A DNA stretch of 64,000 nucleotides from positions 42,780,001-42,844,000 of the forward strand of contig OZ024755.1 of NCBI GenBank assembly GCA_964016885.1, read 5' to 3'. Origin of the DNA: Eledone cirrhosa (taxonomy: Eukaryota). The translations under genes were made by a program, and so were the position numbers. The notes beneath the pieces are model-generated. The model saw nothing but the letters and a program-made list of their open reading frames with translations. It ran no database searches and had not been told where the DNA came from. Positions within the stretch are counted from its first letter, which is position 1. Every line of letters starts with the position of its first letter. Shown piece after piece: positions 25,393-37,439 of the stretch.

Positions 25393-26112
25393 TAAAGAAA
25401 AATGATGTTTCTCTTTGTCGAATAAATAAATGCACAATCAAGTCTAACAATCATTTTATTTAATGCAATAATTTAGTAAATTTCCTACAACGTCAATATT
25501 TTGAGGAGCGGATCTTTCCACGTCTGTTCATGTCCGTGGTCCAAAAAGAGTGAGTGAACCTGTGGCTGTGTCCGGGTGTATTTTTGCCTCCCTTCCCTGA
25601 AGGGTTGTTAAGGGGAGGCAACTGCTAGCTACCAAGCGACCATCTCAGCCACTACATTCACCTCGGAGCAGATTTTTTGTCGCAAAATCGTTAACAATGA
25701 AGCGAAGGTAGTTTACAAAATGTAGAAGAATGTATCAACAAATTAAAAATTAAAAAAAAATAATAAATAGGTTCATGTTTGCACAGAAAAAAAAAAAAAC
25801 GTACAGTAAAAGATGCAAAATGCATGAAAAGATAACACTCTTCGCAATAAAGGGGCCCCAGATGCGATAAACAAGAAAAAAAAATGCTTTGCTAGGCAAT
25901 GAAAATGCCATATGTAGCATAGTTATAAAAATGCACTAAAAAAAAAGGGACTGTGTCAGAATTGACAACAGTCGTAATGTTACGCAAAATATAATATATT
26001 GACACTGCCGTAGGCAGTCAAGAATCCAAAAGTAACAAAATGCAATGTACAACAAAAACAATTGGAAGGAAAAAAATAACAACAAAACAAAAAAAAAAAA
26101 AAAAAATACAAT

Positions 26113-29100
26113 TCAGTTTATATTACTGCATAGCTTACGGGGCCAATGCCCCCTTCGCCCAGAACGGGTCGTAGTTCTGTGTGTTGATGGTGGGGGAAGG
26201 GAAGAAATAGGCCTGTGTGGCAAAGAAAAAGAGGGGGGCATTTGAGTTTCAAGTGTCATTGTGTCATTGTCCAGGTTTGCTCGTTTGAGACGATCAACGG
26301 AAACCGTTTCCCTGGAACCCCGAATGTCCAGTGTGAAATGTTTGTCTGTGCGAGCAAGCACACGATAGGGTCCAGAGTACGGCCGTTGAAGAGGGGGTCT
26401 CACGGCGTCGTCTCTAACGAACACATGGGTCCACAAGGCAATATCCCTTGGGACGGCAGTTTTTACAGTCTGCTTCCTAGTGCCCATCGGTGGTAGATCC
26501 TTGAAATAAGAGTGAAGCCGGGACACGTAGGAAGCGGGGTCCTGCGAAGTCAGGTCAAAAAGGGGCCAGCATTTGCCCCGGTAATGCCAGAGACGTACCA
26601 TAAACTAATTCGGCAGAGGAGAACCCAAGGTCCACCTTTACCGTCGACCGAATACCCAACAATACAATGGGTAGGTACTCGCTCCAACGTGAAGAGTCCA
26701 TGGAAGCCCTTAAGGAGGCTTTGAGCTGCCTGTGGAATCTTTCCACCATTCCGTTTGAGGCTGGGTGGTAAGCCGTGGTTCTTATTCGAGTAGCCCCAGG
26801 ATTTGGGTTAGCTCTCGGAAGAGGTTAGACTCGAATTGACGACCACGATCCGTTGTTATGGTGGTTGGTACACCGAAACGAGCGATCCACGAAGATACGA
26901 GGGTACGGGCTGTGGTTTCGGCGGTGATATCTGTTATAGGGACGGCTTCAGGCCAACGCGAAAAACGGTCAACAATCGTCAAAAGATACGAAAAACCATG
27001 ACTAACCGGCCACGGGCCGACGATGTCCACATGAATGTGACGAAATCTTGCATCGGGGCAGGTGAAGGTTCCGAGAGGAGCCTTAACATGTCTATGAACT
27101 TTCGCTTGTTGGCAAGCGACACAGGAACGACACCAAGTAGCAATGTCACGTCTCATACCAGGCCAGAAAAATCTGGCTGTTATGAGTTTTACTGAGGCTG
27201 ATACTCCTGGGTGGGAAATGCCATGTAAAGCGAGAAACGCAGTTCGTCGATGTTCCACTGGGACTAGAGGTCGTGGTGAGTCCAACGAAACATCACACAG
27301 TATCTGTCCGTCAGCAGTTGAGATCGGAATGTATTTCAGTTTGCAATGTACAAACTCTGGCGATGTAACATCCAACGATTCGAGAGTGGGTTGGGCAGCT
27401 GCCATTCGATGTAAATCTATCTCCTCGGAAGACGAAATCGATGCAATCGGCAGGCGAGACAGCGCATCGGCCGCTGTATTCAAAGAACCCGGAATATGTT
27501 GAATGTCGTTCGTGAACTGTGAGATGAAGTCCAGATGTCTCGTTTCTCTGGGCGAGTATTTGTCTGCCTTAGTTCGAAGAGCAAACGTCAAGGGTTTATG
27601 ATCAGTGAAAATGGTGAATGTTCTACCTTCAAGTACATGAGCAAAATGTTTCACTGATAAATAAATTGCTAATAGCTCCCTTCCAAAGGTGCTATAGCGA
27701 GTTTCTGCAGGCTTTAACTTCCTCGAAAAGAACTCGAGTGGTTGCTGTACCCCATCACCCTTCTGCTGTAAGACTGCACCCACGGCGCTATCCGAAGCAT
27801 CAACACAGAGCGATAGCTCGGCATTGGGTACTGGGTGGGCGAGCAAAGACGCGTTCGCTAACGCCTTTTTCACTTTTTTAAAATCATCAAGCTGCGTTTT
27901 ATTTAAGGAAATGTCCATATTCTTACGCCGGCAACCCTTAAAAATCTCTGTCAACGAGAACAGCAATTTGGAACAACCAGGTACGAATCGCCTATAAAAA
28001 TTTACAAGGCCCAGGAATTGACGCAATTGACGCAGTGAACTTGGCGGAGGCAAATCCGATACTGCCTTAACCTTCTCAGGAAGAGGTCGAATACCATCGG
28101 CGTCAATCAGATGGCCTAAAAATGTTAGTGAAGTCGAGCCGAAAACACACTTGGAAGCATTAATTCGAACATTATATCTCTGTAAACGACGAAATACGAG
28201 ATCCAGATGCTTTGAATGCTGCTGAGGGGAAGAACTAGCAATCAACACGTCGTCGATATACGTGTACACAAAATCCAGGCCCCGAGTAATATCATCCATA
28301 AATCGTTGGAAGGTACTTGCAGCGTTTCTAAGGCCGAAAGGCATAGTGAGGAACTCGAACGATCCGAAAGGAGTGGCAATAGCAGTCTTTGGGATATCCT
28401 CCTCGTTAACCGGAATTTGATTATAAGCGCGGATCAGATCAAGCTTAGAAAAGATTCTGCAACCCTGCAATGACAACGCAAAATCCTGCAAATGCGGGAT
28501 TGGATAACGGTCAGGCACAGTAATCGCGTTTAAGCGTCGGTAGTCACCCGTCGGTCTCCAATCCCCAGAAGATCTAGGTACCATATGTAGAGGCGATGCC
28601 AAGGACTTGTGGAGAGCCGAATTATTCCCAATTCCAGCATGTGGTCGAATTCAAGACGTACAGCTTTCAACTTCTCTGTAGACAATCTTCGAGGATGTGA
28701 GAAAACAGGTGGACCTGTAGTGGATATGAAGTGTTCAATCGCATGATCCGGGCTAGTTATTCGTAACTTTCCCTGCGTCAACTGAGGGAATGAATGTAGC
28801 AGGCTTTGATACTGGTTGCCCACTTCAGCCAAGAAAAAGGAAGGGCTGACGGTGGCGACGTCCAGCTCTGAACCCTCGAAAGAAAGGCCTGTTTCAGCAT
28901 CAACAAGGCGTTGTCTGCGAATGTCCACCAACAAGGAAAAATGGCGTATGGCAAGTCGGCGATAGTAAACTTCCACCTCAAATCACGCCGCAAATTTTTT
29001 AACTGAAGAGGAAGCGAAATTTGCCCATACGTTCGAATGGCCGTGTGGTTGACTGCTCGTAGATTTATATCTGCTTCGGCTAGGCTTTTTTTGAGATAAC

Positions 29101-29242
29101 TGACTGGCCAAATACTCAGCGACGCGCCAGTATCAACAAGGAAAAATTTTTTTGACCGCAGGTCGTATACGAAAAGATGGCGGTTCGGTCGGTTTTCCCA
29201 GAGTTCACTAGCCGCTCCTAGTGGCTCTGCTTTGCGTTTCCC
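26113..29242 (-). pseudogene. pol: Gypsy Pol (PR-RT-RH-IN), broken by about 4 frameshifts or deletions
   Basis: Pieces in ORFs 28778-28993, 28530-28976, 26782-28602, 26555-26749 and 26113-26601. Confidence 0.9.
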
Positions 29243-30003
29243 GATCTCTTGTAATCACAGGGCGTGCGACAACGTTGCGCCCTACTGCCGAAGTTAGCAT
29301 GGTACCAACACAACGAAGAATTATTGTTGCCTGCGTTGTAGTGCTGGCGATGAACAGAAGACGGCGGCGAACGATACCTCAAACGTTGAGAAGGCTCTCT
29401 GTGATGTACCGTCAAATCCTCTACCTTTTTGGTGAGAGCTTCAATCAACTCCAACAGTTTGCCGTCGGCCACAGAAGAACTGCGTGGAGGGACGCAAGCT
29501 GAAGCCACATAAGCATTATGCTGATTGCTGTTCGAGTCCACCTCAAGTATCTTATCCGCGGACGCGGCAAGTTGCTCTAATGAATCCTTCTCTAAACTAT
29601 TGACCAATATTCTTTGCGCACTTGGTGGTAGGCGTGAGAAAAAAAGTTGCTTTATGAAGGGGGTGTCAATCCCCTGGGAGTCGCTCAACTCCCGCAAATG
29701 TCGCAAATAGGAGCTCGGCTTCCTGTCACCCATTTGAGCATCGTCCAACAACTCCCGAAAACGGCTCTCTACCGACTTGGTATTTCGGCGAAGGATTTCT
29801 TTTTTTAATGAGCCGTAGGTAACGTCGGCGTCTAAATCCGTCACAACGTCCTTCACCGAGAATGCCAAGGAAACAGGTAGGCCATTGATCAGGACCTTCA
29901 GCTTATGCTGTTCCTTTGTCTTCGTCAATTCGAAGAAACATTCCAGCTGCGCAAACCACAACTTGATGTCGCCTGTGAAGGATGGCAAATGATGTTGACT
30001 CAT
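29218..30003 (-). CDS. gag: Gypsy Gag
   Basis: LPSFTGDIKLWFAQLE, MGDRKPSSYLRHLREL and CWYHANFGSRAQRCRTPC knuckle. Confidence 0.88.
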   Translation of the reverse strand: MSQHHLPSFTGDIKLWFAQLECFFELTKTKEQHKLKVLINGLPVSLAFSVKDVVTDLDADVTYGSLKKEILRRNTKSVESRFRELLDDAQMGDRKPSSYLRHLRELSDSQGIDTPFIKQLFFSRLPPSAQRILVNSLEKDSLEQLAASADKILEVDSNSNQHNAYVASACVPPRSSSVADGKLLELIEALTKKVEDLTVHHREPSQRLRYRSPPSSVHRQHYNAGNNNSSLCWYHANFGSRAQRCRTPCDYKRSGNAKQSH

Positions 30004-30984
30004 GGTGCCACGTATTTGATGACTTTTTGGTGTTGGTCAATAGTTAGCCAGGTGTTGCTGCTGATTGCTGGTAATTTTTTTCTTTAAAAAAAAATATTCT
30101 AAAGAAAATTTTAATAATAAAAAAAAATCATTTTCTATGAAAATTAATGGTAAGAAAATCCAAGATGGCTGATTTAAAAATGTGTCCGTGATGAAGCCGT
30201 CATGAGGCACGATGCAGCCAATCAGATGGCTGGGATTAGAGAAGACAAGCTGAACGCGGGAAAACGAAATATCTCCATTTGTAATTTCCACAGAATGTTG
30301 GAAGCAAAATTCTATTTCCAGAGAAATCCTTTTTTTTTTTTTTTTGTTGTGTGTTGTATTTTTGTGTTTGTCTGTATGCGTGCTATAACAAATGGAATAT
30401 AATGAATTTTATGGACTTACGCTAAGTGATTCGGACATTCCAAATGTTAAGCCATTCCACATTGCCGTTAAAAAGAATTTCGGACTCCAATAGGCTGCGT
30501 TTTCATTCTTTATCGTCAGGGTCGCCAATAAAGAAAAATGATGTTTCTCTTTGTCGAATAAATAAATGCACAATCAAGTCTAACAATCATTTTATTTAAT
30601 GCAATAATTTAGTAAATTTCCTACAACGTCAATATTTTGAGGAGCGGATCTTTCCACGTCTGTTCATGTCCGTGGTCCAAAAAGAGTGAGTGAACCTGTG
30701 GCTGTGTCCGGGTGTATTTTTGCCTCCCTTCCCTGAAGGGTTGTTAAGGGGAGGCAACTGCTAGCTACCAAGCGACCATCTCAGCTACTACAGGCTTCTT
30801 CAGAATGCCTTGGATTGTCACAGCTAGGTTTAGTGTGGATTGCCAGGCTGAGGTTAGTTTGGATTGCCACCCTTATTGGCTCATTGTTTGTAGATCTTAA
30901 TGTTTTCACTAATGAACGAAGTTGAGGTTGACATAGTGTGACAGGGAGTGGGAGGTTGACACAGTGGAGAGGGAGGTTGACGCA

Positions 30985-32047
30985 GTGGGTCTACCTACTC
31001 CGTAACTTTCATCAATTTTGATCGCCCTGCACTTTTTTATACAGCTGTCGTCGTTCATGCACATCACGTGGCCATACCAATGTAGTCTCTCCCAAGTAAA
31101 CAGCATCTCATTCCTCTTATTCCTAATTTCTCACTTAATTCATTTATGTTTTTCCGTTTGTGTACATTACTATGACACATCCAACGGAGCACGCAAGCTT
31201 TGTTCCTTTCCAGTCTACGCAGATCCTCTGCACACAATGCCCAGGTCTCACTGCCATGTAGCATTGCTGTTCGTATACAGGCATCATACAGTCTGCTTTT
31301 CATTTTTAGAGAGAAACCTTTTGTGGCCAACAGCGGTATAAGCTCTCTGAACTTTTTCCATCCCGTTCTAACTCTGGCTACTGTACTTTCAGAGCACCCT
31401 GCCCCACTGCTGATTTTGTCACCCAGGTAATGGAAAGTGTCTACTATTTCTATAGAACCATCTGGACAGTTGAAGGAGATAGCATCCAGTGGGTCCTTGC
31501 TACTTACTGCACCTGAACATCGGCCACATATAAAATCTACATTCTTAGATAGCTTATCTCTGATCCCACTACATCTGTTATGTACCCATAGTTTGCATTT
31601 GGGGCATAGAATGGAATTTCTACCTACTCCTTTCTTGCACACTGCACATAGCCATTTCCCAGAGGGTACCTGTGCCTTATTTTCCTTTCTACATACTAGA
31701 ACTTTAGTCTTAGACAAGTTAACTCTAAGGCCTTTTGATTCTAAGCAATGTTTCCATGTTTTGAATTTCTTCTCTAGCTCAGCCATAGATTCAGCTATGA
31801 TAGTTAGATCATCTGTGTATAGAAGTTCCCATGGGCAGCCGGTCTTAAACTCCTCTGTTATAGCCTGAAGGCTAATAATAAACAAGATGGGGCTAAGGAC
31901 AGAGCCTTGATGAACACCAACTTTTACGCTAAATTCTTCACTATATTCATTGTTAATTCTAACCTTGCTGGCTGTTTCTTTATACATGGCTTGTATAGCT
32001 CTCACAAGCCATTCATCTACACCTAGTTTTCTAAGAGCCCACCAGAT
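30985..32047 (-). mobile_element. RTE LINE fragment
   Basis: ORF 31064-32068 IWWALRKLG...LLYTDDL...MLHGSETW. Confidence 0.9.
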
Positions 32048-32061
32048 ATATATATATATAT

Positions 32062-33500
32062 ATACCAAGTCATACAGAATGGGGTTATACCAAATGACTG
32101 GCGTAGCAGCATCATCATTAACTACAACGGTAAAGAGGATGCTCTAGATAGGTGAAACTATAGAGGCATTAAGTTAGTTGACCAGGTCATGAAGGTCACA
32201 GAAAGAGTTATAGCGCAACTAATCAGAGAGCGAATTGATCTAGATGAAATGCAGTTTGGGTTTGTGTCTGGTAAAAGTACAACAGACGCTCTTTTCCTTG
32301 TACGACAACTACAGGAGAAGTACCTAGCTAAAAGTAAACCCCTATACTTAGCTTTTGTTGACTTGGAGAAAGCCTTTGACAGAGTCCCCTGCTCTATTAT
32401 CTGGTGGGCCCTTAGAAAACTAGGTGTAGATGAATGGCAGGTGAGAGCTATACAAGCCATGTATAAAGAAACAGTCAGTAAGGTTAGAATTAACAATGAA
32501 TATTGTGAAGAATTTAGCGTAAAGTTGGCGTTCATCAAGGCTCTGTCCTTAGCCCCTGCTATTTATTATTGCCCTTCAGGCTATAACAGAGGAGTTCAAG
32601 ACCGGCTGCTCATGGCAACTCCTATACGCAGATGATCTAACGCTCATAGCTGAATCAATGGCTGAACTAGAGAAGAAATTCCAAACATGGAAGCATGACC
32701 TAGAATCAAAATGCCTTAAAGTTAACTTGTCTAAGACTAAAGTTCTAGTTTGTAGAAAGGAAAATAGGGCACAGGTGCTCTCAGGGAAATGGCCATGCTC
32801 AGTGTGTAGGAAAGGAGTAGGCAGAAATTCCATTTTATGTCCCAAATGCAAAGTATGGGTACATAAAAGATGTAGTGGGATACAGGTAAGCTATCTAAGA
32901 ACATAGACTTTATATGTGGCCGATGCTCAGGTGTAATAAGTAGCAAGTGTCCACAGGATACTAGCTCCTTTTATTGCCCAGATGGTTCTATAGAAATAGT
33001 GGACACTTTCCGTTACCTGGGTGACAAAATCAGCAGTTGTGGTGCTCCGAAAGTACAGTAGCCAGAGTCAGAACGAGATGGAAAAAGTTCAGAGAACTTA
33101 TACCCCTGTTGGCCACAAAAGGTTTCTCTCTAAAAATGAAAGGCAGATTGTATGATGCCTGTACACGAACAGCAATGTTACATGGCAGTGAGACATGGGC
33201 AATACGTGCATATGTCCAAAGCGAAACCTACAGTCTGTAGGCACCTCTTAACCAAATATACACCCAATCTGCTGTCCCTACCCTATCCAACACCACCCTC
33301 TCTCTGTAAAGTTGGTACCACAACATCCAGTTCAAATAAATGAGATAATGAGATCGAGATCGTGTAGGTGTCATGAGAAAAGAAACACACAGTCCACGCT
33401 GTAATGTGGCCGTGTAGGTAACACGGTAAAAAGTTCCCAGTTCCACACTGTAAATGTGGTTGGTGTTAGGAAGAGCATCCAGCCATAGAAAACCTGCCCG
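32062..33500 (+). mobile_element. Degraded RTE LINE fragment, inverted relative to 30985-32047
   Basis: MQFGFVSGKSTTDA, FVDLEKAFDRVP and several frameshifts; 3' UTR remnant at about 33430-33500. Confidence 0.88.
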
Positions 33501-33509
33501 ATAGTCCTA

Positions 33510-34420
33510 TATGAGCGAGACACGGTCACCTGACCAACCTTGCCTCAAGTGGGACAACTCCTGTCTAACACGAACGGGGCCCACACCGGTTGTTCGGTGA
33601 GGAATACGTAGAGATGCCGCAGCCTGAGTGCGTGTTTGCGCATCGTCAGCCACGGCATCCCCAGCCCTCCGTTGGAAGGGTGTTGGCAGTAGATGGATCT
33701 TCTCACCAAAGGAGGCCACTTCTTTCAAAGGAATTGGAAGAGCGCGCGTTCCATTTTGGTGAGCGTTTTGGCTGGACAAGCCACAACGGGCAAGCGGTAG
33801 TAGATGACGGACGCTATAAAAGTGTTCGACACCTCCGCTTGACCTTTCAAGGATAGTTTGCACTCGGCCCACTTCTGGTTTTTCTCCTCGTTCCAGTTTT
33901 TCTCCATCAGGAGGTCCGGACCAAACCAGACCCAAGCAGCTTTACGATCCGAGTTGCAAACCGACGGACTTGCCCTAGTTCAGCTTCGCTCCTGTGAACC
34001 TTTCGTATTCCTTCAGTAAGGTGCCGACTTCCTCGATTTGCAAGGTGCTCGACACCATTACTGTCACGTCGTCGGCGTAGGCTGACGCGGCTTTCCGCAG
34101 TCCCAGTTCCAGAGGGATGCCCTGCAATAGCTCCAACTTCCGCAGTAGTGGCTCGAGAGTCAGTACGTACAGAAGGGAGGAGAGAGGGCATCCCTGTCGA
34201 ATGGATCGCGTGATATGGAACGGCTCTGAGAGGTAGCCGTTCACCTTGATCCTTGAGCAGATGTTGCTGTTGTGCATTGCAGCAATCCAGCTCCTGAACA
34301 CGGGTCCGAAGCCTGCCGCCTCGTCACCGCATCCAGGTAACGATGGTCAACCCTATCGAAAGCCTTAGACTGATCCAAGTTGATCAAGGCCCCACCGAAG
34401 CCGGGTTTACACCATAGCCT
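33510..34420 (-). mobile_element. Degraded Tx1/L1-clade RT fragment
   Basis: SIRQGCPLSSLLY...SAYADDVTV. Similar to ORF2 at 56200-57200. Confidence 0.85.
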
Positions 34421-34434
34421 CTCTATGATAGATA

Positions 34435-34924
34435 GATAGTTATGTAATAAACAACGTAAGATAATTATTTCATTTATCAGTGGTTTCTTGAAAGCAGATA
34501 TTATATCTGTTTTCAGTCGTCAGAATGAATAAAAAACATGGTGTTTTTATTAAATATGGATTTGAAAACGAAATTTAAGAAATATGAAAGTGAGGCTGAT
34601 AAAAAAAACAGGCGAAAAAGAAGAGGGAAAAATATATATATATATATAAACAATAAATATCCAGAACATAAACATACACACACTAAACCACGCGCATATA
34701 CTTAAAAAGTATGAAGACATATACTTTTTCACATAAGCGTATTAGCGTCTACAGACAGGGACATAAATACATACACATTTTGATTTTCATTTTGATTTTC
34801 TTATATATATATATATATTTGAATTCTTTGTTCTTATTTATTTATTTATTTATTTCTGTTTCTAAACTACTTTCCAATGACTCGTACATAGTGATAGGTG
34901 CTTGTGCATGTATATATATGTATG

Positions 34925-34962
<38 letters not shown>

Positions 34963-35235
34963 CAGAAGGGATATTCAATTTGTTGGTAATTCAACAAATA
35001 TAAATGTTTATAACTGATTCAGAGCACTTGACAGATTTTCTGAAGTATAATATACAATGATATCTTATCCCTTCACTATCCAAGGAAAACTTGAACCGTT
35101 AAGGTATTTTCCTTGGTTATGTCAAAATTTATAAAACAAACTTTCTATTTTGTCTGATGAAAGCGTACCAAAGTTTTGGTACCCTTGAAATATATATAAT
35201 AGAATAAATATGGTTTTATAAATATAGTTTCCATT
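34435..35235 (+). mobile_element. PLE 3' remnant ending in a hammerhead-containing pseudo-LTR
   Basis: The 3' end is homologous to 39480-39650, and internal blocks are shared with 37000-37450. Confidence 0.55.
35146..35206 (+). ncRNA. Minimal hammerhead ribozyme
   Basis: TATTTTGT-CTGATGA-AAGCGTACCAAA GT TTTGGTACCCTT-GAAA-TATATA-TA-ATAGAATA. Confidence 0.82.
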
Positions 35236-35490
35236 TATTTAATATCATTGAATATATATATATATATATATGTGTGTGTGTATGTATATATGTGTGTGTA
35301 TGTATATATTTGTGTATGTGTGTGTGTATGCTTGTATAAATGTGTGTATATATATAGAGCTTTTTGTTTTTGTGTTTGTATGTATGTATGTTTATATGTG
35401 TGTGTACACCCCCTTTTTATTTGTGTGTACATATTTGAGTGCATATGTATGTGTATATATTTATGTATATATCTGTGTATTTGTATGTGG

Positions 35491-36989
35491 ATCATCATCA
35501 TCATCATCATCATCACCGTTTTACGTCCGTTCTTCCACGCTAGCATGGGTTAGACGGGTTGTCCTGTTGTGGGCAGTGTCTGGTCGGCTGACCATGCCTT
35601 GCTCATACAGGAACTGATCTGGCTTGATTTCTACAGCTGGATGCCCTTCCTAACACCATCCTCATTTACAGTGAGTGCTGGGTGCTTTTTCATGGCGCCT
35701 ACACGTCCACTTTACAGTGTGGGCTGGGTGCTTTTTTGCCGTGGCACCTCCACGACCACCTTGCGGTGGGGGGGGGGGGGGCATATTGTTTATATGCTTC
35801 AGCATGTACCCATGGGAGGTCGGGTACCCTGTATTACTGCGTGACGCCAGAAGTCACGGTCGTGTGTCATTGACTTTGAGAGGTGTAGTTGGGTAAGGTC
35901 GGCTTTTATCACCTCATCCCAAGTCATCTTGGGTCTCCCCACTCCGCGGTTTCCATCAACTTCTAGTGCTCTGCACCTTTTTATGCAGCTGTCATCCTTC
36001 ATACGCATCACATGTCCATACCAGCGTAACCGCCTCTCCTGCACGCAGCATTTGATTCCTCTTATGCTCAGTCTCTCTCTCAATTCATTTATGCTTTGTC
36101 GTTCACGTATATTACTGTTACACATCCATCGGAGCATGCAGGCTTCGTTTCTCTCTAATCTACGTAAGTCTTCCACCTTCAGCGCCCAGGTCTCACTACC
36201 ATGCAACATCGCTGTTCGGATACACGCATCATACAGTCTGCCTTTCATTCTGAGGGAGAAGCCTTTTGCAGCTAGCAGTGGTAGTAGTTCCCTAAACTTC
36301 TTCCATCCCGTTCTTACCCTAGTTATTGTACTTTCTGAGCACCCACCTCCGTTGCTAATTCGGTCACCTAGGTAGCAGAAGCTGTCTACTGTTTCTACAG
36401 GGCCCTCCCAGAGATTGGTGGTACTTGTTTCCTGTGGCTGTTTGCTTGCTGTTTCAGCACAGCTGCTGCATGTGAATCCTACATTCTTAATTAAGCTTCC
36501 TGAGATCCCGCTACATCTCTTGTGTACCCATTGTTTGCATTTGGGGCAAAGAATGGAGTTCCTACCTACACCTTTCCTACATACTGAGCAAGGCCATTTC
36601 CCTGAGGGGATCTGGGTTCTGTTTTCTCGTCTACTTATAAGGACCTTAGTCTTTGTCATGTTGACTTTGAGGCCCTTTCTCTCTAGTCCCTGCTTCCAGG
36701 TTTGGAATTTATTCTCTAGTTCTACCATAGATTCAGCTATGAGTGCGAGGTCATCAGCATACAGGAGTTCCCATGGGCATCCGGTCTTAAACTCCTCCGT
36801 TATTGCCTGCAGGACTATGATGAACAGGAGAGGGCTAAGAACAGAGCCCTGGTGGACCCCAACCTGTACGCTAAATTCCTCGCTATACTCATTGCCAATC
36901 CTAACTTTGCTGACTGCTCCCCTATACATGGCTTGTACCGCTTTCACAAGCCATTCATCTACTCCTAGTTTTCTAAGAGCCCACCAGAT
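35491..36989 (-). mobile_element. 5'-truncated RTE LINE with an open RT C-terminus (382 aa); close relative of 5681-7126
   Basis: ORF 35799-36947, 3' UTR and (ATC)n tail on the + strand. Confidence 0.95.
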
Positions 36990-37439
36990 GTATATATGTT
37001 CCTGTCCGTTTTTCTATGTAGACGCAAATACGCTTATGTGAGAAAGTATACGTCTACGTACTATTAGGTATATGCGCGTAGTTGAGTGTGTGTATGTTTA
37101 AGTTCTGGATATTATTATTTTTATATATATATTTAAATTTTTTTCTCCTATTTCCTTTTTGCCCGTTTTTTTCAGCCTCACTTTCATATTTCCTAAATTT
37201 TGTTTTCAAATCCATATTTAATAAATACACCAGGTGCGTGTGATTAGATGTACATGTATGTATATATATGTGCTTCATGTGTATGTATGCGCGCTTTTGT
37301 ATGTATGTACGCATGTATGTGCTTTTGTCTGTACATATATATATTTTTATATATGCAAAAGTTCTATTTAAAATTGTTGGGATACAACAAGTAAATATTT
37401 TATAACTGATATAAAGCACTCGACAAGTTTTTGGAGTAG

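Larger units (their letters stand above)
25393..30792 (-). mobile_element. Full-length Gypsy/Ty3 LTR retrotransposon with disrupted pol
   Basis: 264-bp LTRs at 25393-25656 and 30529-30792 with one visible mismatch; GGCT TSD; PBS TGGCGACCCTGACG; gag 29218-30003; protease FLVDTGA; RT YIDD; RNase H DAS; integrase HHCC and DDE region. Confidence 0.96.
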
